From assembly GCA_965285935.1 (NCBI GenBank), contig OZ260663.1:81220001-81284000 (forward strand): DNA of 64,000 nt, read 5' to 3'. Position 1 is the stretch's first letter. Every line of letters starts with the position of its first letter. Made by a program: the position numbers and the translations under genes. Below the pieces are notes generated by a model. The model did not search any database. It worked only from the letters and a program-made list of their open reading frames with translations, and was not told where the DNA came from. This document shows positions 27,001 to 42,000 of this stretch, one piece after another. Source of the stretch: Ophelia neglecta (lineage: Eukaryota).

Positions 27001-30000
27001 GAAGCACTCTCTTACAGATTGATTTTCAGCTGACGCGTCAATATTGGTGTGCTAATATTCTCTTTAATGGATGTAGAAATCAATGATACTTCCACCTCCC
27101 CACCTCATTTACATGTTCTAGGATTTGTCTGGCATAATTTTGACGGACTATAGGCTAGTGAATGTTGGTCAGTCTTTGTGCCGAGTACGGTATGATAATG
27201 AAAGAAACTGTTTCTATTCTCGATGTCTACTTTAACAAAGTGGGTGGCGTTCGAAAAGCAAAAGTGTCGCCGCGGTGGCCACAGACTTTACAATCGCCCG
27301 GCCGAAATCAATAATGTTTGAAAGCCTAGTTGTAAACATGTGTATTCAAATATGAAATACTGCTAGGAATAATATTCAATTAACTGCCTCACAACGGCAA
27401 TGGAGACTGATTACATTGGGAATCTGTGCTCTCCAAACAATACACGTGTCAGACCACGTCCGGAACACAACAATTTGGAGTCGATCCACCCCGGCCGTTT
27501 GCTTATTGATTGCCGAGTAATATCGCCGATCACTTTTCACGGGGAAAATACAATAATTTAGAGGCTTAGAGTAATATGCGCTCATCAATATGCATACAGT
27601 GTGTGCCTTTTATCATCGCAGATTGCATGCAGTGTCGGGGCGATTTGGACTATAACAGGATTACTCGGTAGATTTGGCCCGATATATTGTGCTAACACTT
27701 TGTGCTCTAGAAGCCGATGCCTGTCAGACTTGGTCAGAATACTACCTAGAGCTGTTCTGGCCTTGTTAAGCTTGGCTAAACCCCTCCCCAATGATATTTG
27801 AGAAATAAAACGTTGGTGTCAGAGGTGTCACTACCCAAGTGAGTTGACTGGATGAGTGGGGAGTTAAGATCCCCGATCTCCACTGCCACTAAGTCCACAT
27901 TATGATATATTGGGTCGCCCGTTAGGGCATTCTGAGGGTGACAGATCGCGCCCACAGATATGAAGGGGGATCTGGAGATTTGACAATAACCAATAAACCC
28001 TCCATATTGCTCAGCCACTGGAATGACAATCAGCTATCTAATTGATATCCATTCACTGCCCACCTGACCTCCGTCTGACAATACACGACAGACACCAGCT
28101 CAATCTGGGACTGATCAAACACATAACTCACTGACAGACACCAACTCGATCTTACACAAATCAACCAAACACCATCCTCCTTGAAGAAATCAAAATATCA
28201 CGTCTGCTGCTCTTTGTCTCAAAAGCCTATTAAATTCCTTTTGTTTGATTGAATATGTATTTTTGTAGTTATAAGTAGACCAATGGTATTTTAATAATGA
28301 AAAGATATGTTTGACAATAATATTTTGCATGAATATGTAGTTTCTTGATATATAAATGTTAATAGCTACTCTCATTGTGTCTATTACTTATTTCCCACCA
28401 TGTTGCTGCCTCTTGTGCCTGTGCTGTGATGTGCTGCCACCTGGTAACCTAACTGTGCATAACTTCTGTGGCCATTCACTCAACCTACAGTTTGTAAGTA
28501 TCTATCTCATTATTTGTCTAACAGCTAACAGTAGACTGGTAGTTGCAAATGGAAATATGTAATATTCCACACCAATATAATACTATGAGTTGGTATTTGG
28601 TTTTTATTCAGCATAGTAACATCTTATCATTAATAAAAAAAGCTCTTTCATGTCAGTTTTATATGAAGATAAGGTTTGAAAATCTAAACATGTCATATGA
28701 AGTTCTTAATGGTGGTATCGTTGTTGACATGTATATAAATCATGTAGAAGTAAGTATGAAGTGTATCTCCAGATGTTTCACACATCTTCACTGGTGTGTT
28801 GGACTGGAGGACAGGATTTTGACAAGGGTGGGTTTCTTTACATCACAGGAAGGGTATGAGATGGGTACCCCCTCCCTGAGGAGAGTCTGGTAGCCTAAGA
28901 CCCCCTCCTGGGACAGGGCACACATCCCTCTCCCTGGGGAAACCCGAGAGGCGGGAGGAATTTATAGAAAGAAAAAAGGGGCCCCTGACCTTCCTGTGTC
29001 TCTCTAAATTTGTCCTGACCCCCCTGCCCCCTCCTAAATGTGCCAGTATCAATATCCAAACCTTCAAGTGGAGGTTTAACTTGTTGGTGAACTTGTTAGA
29101 TAGCAGATGCCTTGTGTATGTCAGCACTAGCGTTTTATCCAAACGTAGATTGTCATGTTTGTGTCTAGGCATTCTGTCATCGCCATCTCTTAGCCCGCTC
29201 TCTTACACGGAATTACAAAATCTTCTCCGGATTTGATTTCCCAACAAATAGCTGACATTCTGCCCTCCACCGTCTCAAGTCAGCAAAACTGGCAACAATG
29301 GCAAAAGTGTCCGACAACAGCCCGGTGTATTGGCCCATCTTTTATCGCCATTGGAGTAAGGGCACTATCAGCGTGGATGTAGCAGTATATTCCCCCAGGG
29401 AGAGCCTTATCAGTTTTTCGATTTGTATTGTATAAGAAGTGCGGTGATCTTGAGAGAAAGGTGGTGTTTGGGGACATGAAGCAGACTGGATGATGTACAT
29501 GTAAGAAGCTGTTTAATGGCGGGGTAGTGGTGGTTGCTTGTAGTTTTGGGCTGTTGACATTGGTCTTCATGTCTGTCAGCTCCGCCGAGACACACTGTTT
29601 GTGTTTATACAGACAGTGTTTATCTAGTGGGTAATTAGAATAAACCCGCCAAGCCTCCAGTTTGAGATGGAGTTTGAGATGGGAGTCCTCGAGCCTGCCT
29701 CAAGCCTGCCTGGGCCGTGTGGCTGATATTACCCTCTTCCCCTAAGTGTTTTCCAACCCTAGGTGTTGGTTTATTTGGTGAAGACTTTACAGGTTTTCTT
29801 GCCATGTTTACTCGCCCTGTTTTATGGCTCCATCGGCAGTTTAGTTATCAGGCGGTTGGCACTAAAATGGAGAGCCTCCAACCTGCCGATTGCTAGTACC
29901 TGTTGAGTGAAATATGTGAGAAAACCTGAATGTTAATTGTAGAATGTGGCAGAGGAGTAAGATTAAACAAGCCAACCAAGAAAAAAATGAATTAAGATAA

Positions 30001-33000
30001 CACCATGAACCTATGACATTAAAATAGATATCTTTACTTGTTTGACATTTCATTCTGAAAGTTTTGACGCCTCAAAAAAAAGTACAGATGGATCTTATCC
30101 ATTTGTTGAATGGTCATAGATAGGAATAAACTGTATGTTTAGTTTTATAGTGAGTCATACAGATTGTATCATCCATTTGTTGAATGGTAATAGATAGGAA
30201 TAAACTGTATATTAAGTTTTAAAGTAAGTTATTGCCTATATCATCACCCTTTACCCCTGAAGGCAGATCTTAACTTGTGCTGGCCTATGTTATTCAACAG
30301 ATGACAGTGTGGATCGCCAGTGGTTCCAAGTGCCTTAGCTATTCAATCAATTATCAGGCTTAGTGTCCAAGTCCACAGATCTGCTTCATGGACGGGAATG
30401 TTGCCCGTGGGCCAGAATAGTTCCAGCCTTTGATGTTCGGTGGAGATTGATCCGGCCGATCATCACTCACTTTTATGTATGCGCAAATATATAACCGAAA
30501 TACTCTGGGTGGTTGCGGCTACATGCTAAATCCTGCTTATTGAGATTGAGGCTGGGCTTGTAGAATGCGACATCAAAGCAGGTTTAGCCATCAAACAAGC
30601 CCGGAGACATGTTTAGTTGGCACAAACTAGCATATCCTTCATGCTGCACATCTATACAGGCCGAACGATGTTTGGCGGCGGGATTAGGGAGGCGACCCCT
30701 ACGTTAAGTCCGTGTACGCTGTGTGCTCAGTGGCCGATAGCTAGCCGATGGCCACTCGCCGACGACATGGTCCGGACCTGATAAGCCATTTTGTCAGACA
30801 CCCATAATCTTGCGAGGCATTTTGACAGGTGAGAGGGGCGCAATCCTCTTAGGTAGGGCAGCTGAAGTGGAGCCAGCAATATGTGATCAGATAATTAAAA
30901 CATGGGTGATTGGCACCCCCACAGGACAGTGAGTCACCGGCCACAGTGTAGGCCCAAACTCCAACTGACCAAATACAGCTAAACAATATGAACACTAGCA
31001 AAAGCAATCTATCTGATGAGATTTGGACACGCCTTGTTTGGTTACAGCTGCATTGTCATCATTAACTGTGAGATAAATCAGCTTAGATCGGCAGTTTACA
31101 TGAAAGATGCATTTTTATGAAAATTTGTCATTTTTCACTGCAGTTGAATGTAGTTATCAGAGCCTGACTTGATTTCTGTCAGTGACAGTGTCGGTGATTG
31201 CTTTGAGATGATCTCTGATTCCATTAGAGAATGAAGGATGTGCTGCTCGTTTGACCTTTGCCGGCAGGTCGGTCAGTGTGAAGCTATGATGGCTGTCAAA
31301 TCACTGTCCAGCGTCCACCATTGTTCAGATAGTGCAGTCTATTGTTTCAGATAAATTCTGCAGATTGTAACTGTTTGGATTAGGATATTGAGTATTCTAG
31401 GCTGGCAGTTCATCTGAATGAGCAAATTTATACAACTGATTAGCCACATGTAACAACAGCATAAATACCGTAGAAACCAGATGAAGGTTTTCACATGACT
31501 TGCTCTGCGGTGTGTCCCCCTATTTACTTTTCAACCGGACACACATTTCTGCTGTTGTAGTTATGCATGAAATTGCTATATTGGGCAAGTATTTCTTGGG
31601 GAGGTCATGGTAAAATCACGATGTTAAGTTGAGCATGGGGTCTTGGCCGGTCCCCTGGGTGTCGGGGCTGTCAGTCAGAGACGCCACACCACTGACTGAC
31701 AACTGTCAGAGCATGCCATTTGCATATCACAAGTCAATCATCATCGCCATGGCAACGGGTCAGAGTCTCATGGCAATGTTTACCGGGTAGATATGAGTCT
31801 GGATGCTTGAGTTAACCTGGTGAAACCCGAAGCTGATATTGTGGGGTGCGATATGCCGTTCTGGGTGTCCTGTCCGTTCTGGGTGTCCTGCCCGGGGCTG
31901 AGGGGGTTTGTAATGGGGCTAATAACAAGTGGGTGGGAGTCAACTCCTAGACAGCGTCTAAATCTGGCTGCATGCAAAAACCATCAACATTGTAGCTAGC
32001 ATGTACCCTCGTCATGATATATTAGGCTAATTAGACTGATTGCCTTCCGCCTTTTGTAAATATATCAGTCGAGTTGAGATCATTAAATGTTCCCCTGTTA
32101 TGCGGTGATAAGCAGACCTGGGCTCGGCAAGAACATTTATATACTTGTATATTTATTTAATCTTGTTTATGAACTATTACAGAAGCAAGTGCAAAACATG
32201 GCTGTCAATTAATTAGAGTGACATATTAAGCCAATGCCCTGTAATCCAGGGCTGGCATTGTGTGCTAGTTGGAATTAATTTAATAGTGTCAGTCTCGTAG
32301 TCAGTCAAGCATTTTTTGCTGGCACCTGGAGTTTGTAATGTTCTACAGGGCTATGCATAACAAACTGCATGTTGCCATTACTCCCTGAGAGTTTATTTTT
32401 TATGAAATTCAGCCAGATACATGTATATACATGTATTCCTACTCTTAGCATTCATTGAGGTAATGAGGCCATATTTCAGGGAGTGATAGGTCCTGCTGTA
32501 TCCTGTTCTTTCTGATGTAGCATCCTCAGTTCCTGCCTGCTCCATTGTCTCATGTCAAAATGAGCCATTTTCATGTAAATCCACTTCAACTTCAAAGATA
32601 TTCATATTTGATTGATGAAATATCATATTTGTGATCTAGGCTGTTGCTTGGAACCCTCTGTCTATAGTGCTGGGAGTTTTTGCCAGGAGTCTTGGATGCC
32701 AGGATGTTACAGTTGGGAGTTTGTTGTTTGGGGGCTGATATTCAGGCCCTCCGCTGGGTGCTGATACCCGTTTGGGGCCGTCGGCTGGGGGTGGGTGCCG
32801 ACACCAGTGGATGGTGAGGCCTATTTACCGCGGTGTTTGTCCCCCTTGTCATCACCAATAGGAAGTGTAAATCAGTAACAGCCATCCCTAAGCCGTACTA
32901 CTTAGGCGGGGAGGGACGGCGGTGTGTTCCTGAGAATCAATAGGAGCTGGCGATTTAGGGGGACACATGGCGGGGATATTGGGCCAGCTTTTCTCAGGGA

Positions 33001-36000
33001 TTAGTCCCACACTTTGAGGGATTACTTTGTGTAGAGAGACAATTTGGAGGCGGCAATCGGGCCAAAAAGGCCCCTCGTCGTCAATTTGGTGGCCACGTTC
33101 TCCCAGATCCTGCCTAATCCTCAAAACACAGTTATGAAAACCAAATTTATTAAATCAGAGTTTAGCAGTGCGGGGGCCATGTGAGGGCACGCAAGAAATA
33201 AGCCGGGAGTCATTGAGCCCGGGTGTCGGGCCGGGCCAGAGCCCGAGTGTCAGGCACTGCCCGGGTCATCTCTTCCACTCCATTGGCCAGCTAATTAGTT
33301 GAATGATATCAAGGGAGGAGGAATATTCCACAGATTAGATTGTAATTTGCAGGCAGCCATGAGAATACTAATTTGCACATGCAATTCAACGGAGTGCTCA
33401 CAATTAACATTAAATCTGGTGTAGGTAGCGGGGGGGGGCAAGCTGCACATTGTTCATTTCGTTCATAATTTTGCAGACGCTTTGCATAATCAGATTTCGT
33501 GCCACTGATACTGCCGAGCAGGCCACATTAATAGGAGATCACATGGGTCGGTAATGGGACTTGAAGAAATGGATGGCTCCTTCTTGGGCCTCTTCACATG
33601 TTTGAACAGCTCTTCTCTGATTCATTAAACAAAACGAGGCAATTGGAACAATTGACTGACGTGTTCTCGGTCCCTAACTACTTACACGGAGGACAAGTCA
33701 TCACAGACGCTGATTTCGGTTCTCGGTGCTCGTTCACCAGAAACCAATCTCATTGCATTTCAATTTGCCAATACACAACAGATTGGTATTAATGCAAGTT
33801 TGTCTTCTAATTAATCCATAAAGAGGCTTTTGGTTTTGTTTAATGAAAAGTAAGCGAGAGTGGTGCTCGGGTAGCTTGGGTTTCCAGTTGATAAGACAAA
33901 TGAAGTTAATGGTGATAGAACAGGAGCCTGCTTCTAGATAAACATTTTGTTTGCCATTGTGCGCTCGGCTTCTGCCAAAGGGGTATTAATGACGCCTTGG
34001 TGGAGCTGCTCTTTTGTTGATTAAGTCTAAATGGCATTGAGAAGAGGCGTAGTTGTTCAAGACTGCCAGGCCATCACCCAGATTACTTGTTCCTGGCACA
34101 GCCATGAGAATCACGGAACGGATCTAATGTTGCAAAGTGGCATTGAGTGATGTCACCTAACCACCTAAGCAAATAAAGGAATCTAAGCGATGTCATTATC
34201 TTATTCACCCGGCATTGGCATTACCACTTCTCTGACTGATTCAATTGATGAACAAAGTAAATTGTGGAATAACTGGGTTAGGAGTGTGGCCTGATAGAAG
34301 CTAGAGTCGGCTGCAGAGGTGTGAGCCGCAAATTGATCACATCAGGAAATGAAAGGCTGTCGGCGATTCTGTTAAACAATATGATGTGCTCCCGGGCTAA
34401 TAGGGGGAGCATAAGTCCCTTGCTTGTATGGGAATCTCTTCCAATTGATAAAAAAATGACCGCTGACATTGAATTGGACAATGTCGATCATTGGACGGTA
34501 TGCTTGTCTTTATATGGTCGTGGTGGGCTGGGCTGGGGAGAAATTGAAAGTGAGGTTGTTTTTCGGATTGCAAGCCCAGAACCTCTGGGCTGATGTAAAT
34601 TCTGTACTACTTCAGTATCGCCCTTGGTCGATGTATGACCGCGCTAGCCATGGGCTATGTCATCTTAATCTAGACGATGGTCCACTAAATGGCTGTATGA
34701 ATAATCTGAGGCTGACCCCAGGTCTGAAGTTAACAACGTGTAAAAGTAGATATAGAGGTGATGTGTGGAATTTGGGCCTGATTGTGACTGGCAGCAGTCT
34801 GAATGTTTGGATACCGCAGAGCAGGCTTTCTGGGGTAACTTGGCCACCTGATGGCATTGTAAACATGACGTGGGAGCAGTCCAGGCTGGTAAAGTGTGCT
34901 GTCCAATAAGACTCAGGGGTGGGGGGACCCTCAACACCCTGGCCGGCTCATTGATCATGGTCAGGCCTCCTTTCACACCTTACTCACACCTCTATTACCT
35001 ATGTGGCTAGTGAAAAGAGATAGTCACACCAGCGATTTCATCTCTCTTCTAACATGACAGTAGTTTAATGCTAGAAGCTATCTCGTTCTTCATTGCCAAA
35101 TATGATTGATTTTTGCTGGTGGTAAAACATGAGAAATCGCGGTATTAATGAACGCTGAAGTTTTAAATAAGAAATGAGAGCACATCCTTGTCTTCAATTA
35201 ATATGCCACATAGATCTGTGTAGTTTTATCGAGAACATTAATCACAATGTCTTGAAAAATTAAAGCTTGTCAGTTGGTGTAGATGTTGGGATATTCGTAG
35301 CCCAGGGCCACTTACGAGTGGCAAGGGGACGGTCTTCCTAGCATGTAGCCATGTAAGATTTATGTCTGAACATGTATAACCCCCACTAGTCTGCTAACCT
35401 CTCCCCAACTCAGTCACACCTCCCCTGATGTGTTCTGACAGCCTCCCAATGAAGATGGAAGATGCTCGTTCTCTCTCTGCCCTTTTCCTTCCAGCCATGC
35501 CTGTTTTACACCAAAGATCAACATGCATCGACACCACCGTCCGAGATAAGTCCACTATACTCTCTCCGTGTCAAACTTGACAAATAAATGTGGTGATTTG
35601 CATTTAGAATTGGCGTTTTGATATTATTATTAGCCAGATAACAGTTGATGCCCTTTACGATGGCCTCTTGGAAATAAACACTTCTATGATGAAGAAGAGA
35701 AATGGGAGGGAGTTTCTCTCAAACTGTCAGTTTTACCTGAGGGCCGTTTGTAAAGGTGAACTGTTGATATTTACCGCTCTGTTGCAGCATGGCCGAAAAA
35801 TGTAACCAGAAGTAGTGAAGAGACAGAATTCTGGATTTATGGCGAAAGACAGTGGCAGTTTGAAATTAGCAGGGCAATGTATAGTAGAAGCATGTACATG
35901 GGGTGCAGGGTGATTTCTGTGGCCAGTGACTGGCGATAGTTGAGTGTGTGGAGTCTGACACATTGAGTGGCCCCCTCTGACAGGGACCGCCTGACAGGGA

Positions 36001-39000
36001 GGGGTGAATGGCACACAGGTGGTGCACTATTTACCTAAGTAATTGAATTCTGCCAGTACTGCCTGTATCAAGCTAAAGTCATAAGCTGTGACAGTTGTTA
36101 TGGATGAAGGGTTAGAAGATTGACCTTTGACCCAGGGGTCATGCCCCTGTTTCTGTTTGCCTGTCAAGATCAGCTGGTGGCAATTGTAGCCCTTGTGTGC
36201 CCACCCTCAAATGGCAAATTCATGGTGAACTTTAATCTGCAAACTTGATTGTGTCTGTGACATTCCACAACAATCACCATGATGTAGGGCAGCACGTATT
36301 GTCTTGTTCTCTGTTCAGTACCCTTTGGTACCTGAATGGGTGGGGACCAAGTCAGAGCCCTGATGCCAACAGGGGTCAGAGGTGACAGTTTTGAAAGTGG
36401 TTCACCAGAGTGTCGGCCTGTCGGCCGGGTAATCTGTTCAGATTTACTGGCCAACTGCTCAGATTCTCAGCAACCGCCAGCTTTCAATGTCGTAATTATC
36501 ACACAATTGACCTTTAAAGTTTTAGAAAGAGGCAAATTTGTCAACAGGGTAATCAGAAGGAATGAATTGTCTGAGAAGGTGACTGCAGCTGCCATGCAGT
36601 CCCTACCTTCCATTAGTCTTTTGCTGGCTTCTAGCTGACGACATTTGTCAACCGGTGTAACGGAAATTTGGCGGGAACGCAAAAGCTGTTCAATGATCAA
36701 GGTGTCTCTAAGGCTAATATGTTAAAGTGACATAAATAACTCCAAGCAACTCTAGTTGAAAGCGTTTAGGGCAATATTTCAACAAGCAGCGGGCAAGGAA
36801 AACAGTTGTGGGTTGAGCGCTTTGCACCAGTTTCACCTGTCCTTCCTGTGTGGGTTAGTCTTGGCAGACAATGTGTCAATGAGCCCGACTTGCTGACCAA
36901 GGCCCTACAATCTATAGTGCAGTTCCTCTGCTGAAGGGAAACACTTTCATTTGTCCTTTACAATTGATTTATACCTTGGCGGTTCTCGCCTCTTTGTTTT
37001 AGTTTTCTGAAGAATGTTCATCTTGGCCGATCTCATTAGCACTTAGATGGGTGACTTTGTGCTTGACACTTTTGTTCATCACCCTCAGCAGATTATCTAT
37101 GGTCGGCAGACCTTTTGATCTCCATGATATATTCGCCATAAACAGCCAAGCTCTTGGATTCTATTCAACTTCTCTTTAACCAGTCGCCAGTGTTTTAAGT
37201 TGGTGATTTCAAATTTGCATGTTGTGGAATGAGATTTGAGGATGAGATTGCCTTCTTTCTCATCAAATTAGCATCGGGTCTGTATCGTCCCTCAGTAGAT
37301 GGCGGACAGCCCAAAAGAATCTAATTAACTCAATAATTGATCTGAAAGTGGTTAATTGGTTTAGAGTTGATTTGCCTGTTAGATACTGTGTATCTGTGGG
37401 TGGTAGTAGTGGTGTGTTGGTGGCCGGTGCCGACTAGGACACTACTTTTTTCAACCTGTGGTCATTATCCTGCCTACACCTTCACATTACTTCAGTCCAC
37501 CCTCGTGCCGTCGGAGGAGGGGGGGTGGGGGGTGGGGGGTAGGTGGGTTATACAGGTCCCCCCCTGCCTGGGATCACAGAGAGAGGGGGGGGGGGAGGGT
37601 TGATCAGGGTCCTTGGCCCTGGTATCACCCTGTCTACCAGGCAGTCATAATGATCCTGGGGGGAGTGGGGGGGGGGGGGTGTGATCTGACATCAGCCCCC
37701 TCTATCAGGTAGTCTGGTGATTGACTGGTGTAGGAAGGGGCAGGGGTGTTTAGGTTCTCCCCTCCCCCTAGGAACATGGGGAGGTGGGGTGATCAGGATC
37801 CCCGGCCCTGACATAAGCCCCCTCTACCAGGTAGTTTGGTGGTTTACCGATGTAGAAAGGTGGGGGGGGGTACAAGGTTCCCCCTCCTAATAGCCAATGA
37901 CCAACTACATCAGCCCCCTCCACCAGGTAGAGTGGTGGTCTACCGGTGTGACTGGTGTTACCGAGGGCCTCCAAGCAGGACTGATTGTCATCACCCAGCC
38001 TTACAATCAGCCCCCTCCACCAGGTAGAGTGGTGGTCTACCAGTGTGACTGGTGTTACCGAGGGCCTCTGAGCAGGACTGATTGTCATCACCCAGCCTTA
38101 CAATCCATTAACAGATTTGACACATGGTGAGTCCTCAGTGCCCAGCTTGGCAGGGCAAGTTTGCAAAGTTTCAGTTGTATATCAACACCACCATCAATCA
38201 TTCTGCTACCTCCACCTCCCAGATCAGCCGCGGGCACCAGCCCGATCTGAACGGGCAGCCAGCTCAATCTGGACAGGCCTCATTAATTGATCCTAATCAT
38301 TGGCCAGGGTTCATCCATGGTCAATTTCAGATAGTTGTGCCTGCCTGGATGTTGACACCCTGCCCCGACCCAATTTATTAGCCCTGTCAGATTACAGAAC
38401 ACCAAATGTATGTGATGGTAACAGAATGATAAATAGTTTTTCTACACTTGTCTTTGAAAACATTATGGAACCAGACCAAATACTAGTTTTTAATGTATAA
38501 ATTGCAGATAAATTGTGATTTTTGCCATACTGTTGAAATAGAACTGTGTTAACATGATCATCTGTCGGTGTCGGTCGACGAGTACAGTCGACAGACTCCG
38601 GTTGTAGGAGTATAGCTTACTTAGGGTCTCCAAACCCCGCCGATATATGACATTCTTAGAACATTCAAAACGCCCAACCTGATTATTAAGGGAATATGAT
38701 AGGCCAGGTATTTCAAGTATCTCTGAGCTAGAAGCCCTGGTGGCTCAGTGTCATTCTTTGTTACTGGTAGTTTGGTGGGTGTATGTGGAGAAATCGTCAA
38801 GGATTTACTGTATGACATGTCTCTGGACAGCTCAGAGATCTGGTCGGTCACTAGGAAAAATAAACACTGTGTCAATACAAGGTGTGTGACATTCTGGAGA
38901 ATGTACAATATACATTGTATATACAGAGAAACCTGCCATAAAGACCACCTCTATATAAGGACCACCTGCCAATTCAGAGCACTAATGTAAATACCTTAAT

Positions 39001-42000
39001 ATACACTTTCAGTGTAAAATAACCATTTTTAATAAACCACCTCTATAACCAGACCAGCATTTTACCATCCCTGTGTGGTCTTAATTCACAGGTTTCACTG
39101 TATATCTGATACACATTGTACAGCAGGGACAGGGTGGAACAAAACACCAAATTTGCTTTCTGCCAATCTGACTGAAAAAGATTTGGCAGTTTGGCCTGCT
39201 TACTTGGGATATTAAATAGAAATCCCCTACTTATTATGAAAGATCAATGGCATATGCCCAACTCAAAAATATATTTGGCAGTTTTCAAATATTATGAGTG
39301 ATTTGCCAAGTCCCTGACTTTATCAATATCCCTGTTCAGTGTATATATAATGTATGTACATCTAAAAGCTGATCTCTTTGTCAACTAATTCTACATAGTT
39401 CCTACTGTTAAAAATCATTATCTGTTTAAACTGGGGTGATCTAAGAAGGAAAAGTATTCACCTTACTTGAGCGGCAGGTTTCTCGGTTCAAGGCAGAGGG
39501 TGGTGACTACTACTGATACTATACCGGGATGTTCGTATGTCATTTTGTTACAAGGTATCTGGTATTTCATTTTATCAGCCAGGGGCATCATGTTATTAAC
39601 TTATTCTAATAGTCACACATGTTATACGGCTGGGGGTATATGAGTTGACATCAGGTTTCTGTTCAGCTGTAACCAGCGATTTGACAAGCTATTAGTTTCC
39701 CCGCCAGGCTATTTTCCAGAAATTTGAAGAATTCTTGTCATATTGGTGTGTATTGCTGGTGATTTGAGTAGATTTGAGCATGTTTAGTTAGTTATGAGTA
39801 CTATCTGAGTCGGTTTCATTAGTGCAGCTAGAGTGCTGACATATTTGTAGGTGTTGAGCAGGTTGCAGTGCTAGGGGGTGGGGCTGTTTTCTCCATCCCA
39901 CCCCCCGGGGATTGTACCATCCTGACACTAGGCAGACATGTGCCAACCCCCCAATCCCTGCTGGCTTGGTTAATCTCTCTCCTGACCCGTGCAAATGGCA
40001 CACACTCAGGTGTTAGCCTCGGCGCATTGCTTTACCAGTAGTAGTCATAGTGGTATGCCCCTGTATCTAGTAAGACAATCAGCGTTACATTTGAGCAGTA
40101 TGGTTAAGTCGTTAGCCCTGCGGGAGTGGGGGTGTATGGGGTCCTAAGATTGGCAGCCTGCTGCCCCATATTGCAGCTAGTCCCAGGGTGAGGCAATATA
40201 CCAGAGTAGTGGTAGTCCACCGAGCACTAACTATGTTTTCTTGGCCCTTACAATGCCTGATTGGCAGAGTGTTCAATTTCCGTCCATTGCCGTCAAACTA
40301 TACCAGCTTATTGCTACATGATAGGGGTGAATTTCAATTTAGGTTGGGTCATGTTCAACTTAATGAGTTTTCCGGGCAGATTGTTTCTGCGCCACATTTT
40401 CTTAGCGTTTCTGCCAATGACAACTTGCGGATGAGCTCATAAAATCAAAAGCATCCGACGTTGTCTAAATCCATCCAGAATCCGGGTGTGAAATTGTGGC
40501 AGTTACAATTCTGAACATGTTTAATAGGTACCATAGTCTGTCCATTTGCTCTAGGGCCTTCTATCTCCTGTGAGTGACCCTTAAAGGAACACCGAGCTCC
40601 CACACAACATATTGACTGCTAGAGATCAATAGCACAGCTTTCACACAAGTAATAAATTCGCTGTAAATTTCTGAGGGAGAATCCTAAAATCTTGTGCTGA
40701 AAGACTTTATTCATTTGCCGCTTGTCGAGAAACATGGTGGTTGTGTGTGCCTGCAATAGGAAGCAGGGGTGAAAAACTTGTGCAAATTGTTTTGTAATGG
40801 AATGTGAAAGATTAGTTGTACTTAAGGGACAGCGGTGTTGACCCTCTGAGTGGATTTGATGTTAACACAGTGTACCAGTGTATACCCCGATTGGCTGTAA
40901 TACTCCTTGCCCGGGTTAAATGAGACAGGTTAAATGAGATGGGACTGGCTCGTCTTGTGCTGCTTCTTATTTCCCCGCCTTAATACCTCCGGAATCCTCG
41001 GCTGATTAGCAGCAATATCTGGGTTGTTATGGCGATGGCCACTTACACGTCTGCGGTATTAATGTTATGCGTTGTCTAGTGGCCGGGCTGGTACATTCTA
41101 TTAATAATAAAATTAATAACATATAAAATGTACATGTTAATTTATTGGTACAAGACTTTTTTTTGTAATAAAATTCTGTACATCTGTACATAAAATAGTG
41201 CTGTGTGTGTGTCAGGTACAATGTCACCGCCACAGAGAGGGTCACGGGTCCTTACACCATTCTCTGGGAGGACACCCCCCTCCCCTAACTCTTTTGCCCC
41301 CCCCCCTATTCTAGACCTGCCAATAACATGGCATCACCTTGGCCCCTGTACCGACTCTGTTTTGTAAATATCATATCGTTTGGAGGGTTCTGGATACATT
41401 CAATAATCTTGTTTGTCAGTTTGTAGTCGAGTTTAGTCTCTATTTGACCGCTGTGATCAAAGACACGCTGCTATTGAGAACCACTAATATCTATCACATT
41501 TCAGTCGGGAGAAAACTCAAGTGTAACCCAATTTGTAAAAGTTGGCAAATCTTTGTAAGTTTTTCGTCAATGCCAGTGAAGCTGAAATATTTTGAAATCA
41601 CCGAGGAAAGATGAGACTGGGGGCTGTGTCGTGGGAGTTAAGCAGTTTGCGAGAGACTAAAAGTGAAAATAAGATGGGAAATGGGCCGTGGACTTGTACC
41701 ACCCTGACCAATATGCCCTCTTCATTCAATCTGTGTCCATCCTTTCTCACAGCGCCACCCTAAACATTCCAGTTTTCTGTTTTTGTTAAGGCAGCGGCTT
41801 CATATCGGTTAATTGAATGCAGTGTGTTTATGCTGCATCCATCGTCGATTGGTGTGGTGGGGTATCCTATGAAGGGACGGGGGTAGAGGTACCAAGAGCC
41901 GTGTCACGGTAAAGTGCAATCGTTCTAACCTCGCTCTGAAACGACAAACCATACGAGGTGGACATGAGTATAACTTGATTAGAGTGCAAACCTCTCCACT

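Noticed and set aside
30820-30835. ttttgacag|gtgaga recursive splice site candidate
   Set aside because: Very short pyrimidine tract; expected by chance in 18 kb.
30925-30928. cag|GACA|gtgagt 4-nt pseudo-microexon
   Set aside because: Frameshifting, no pyrimidine tract or AG-free zone, and no missing residue to fill.
38115-38126. cag|ATTTGACACATG|gtgagt 12-nt pseudo-microexon
   Set aside because: In-frame TGA, lies at a repeat edge, lacks the upstream signature.
39124-39333. hAT-like element with CAGGG...CCCTG ends
   Set aside because: Inverted ends are only about 7 bp and no 8-bp target duplication was found.
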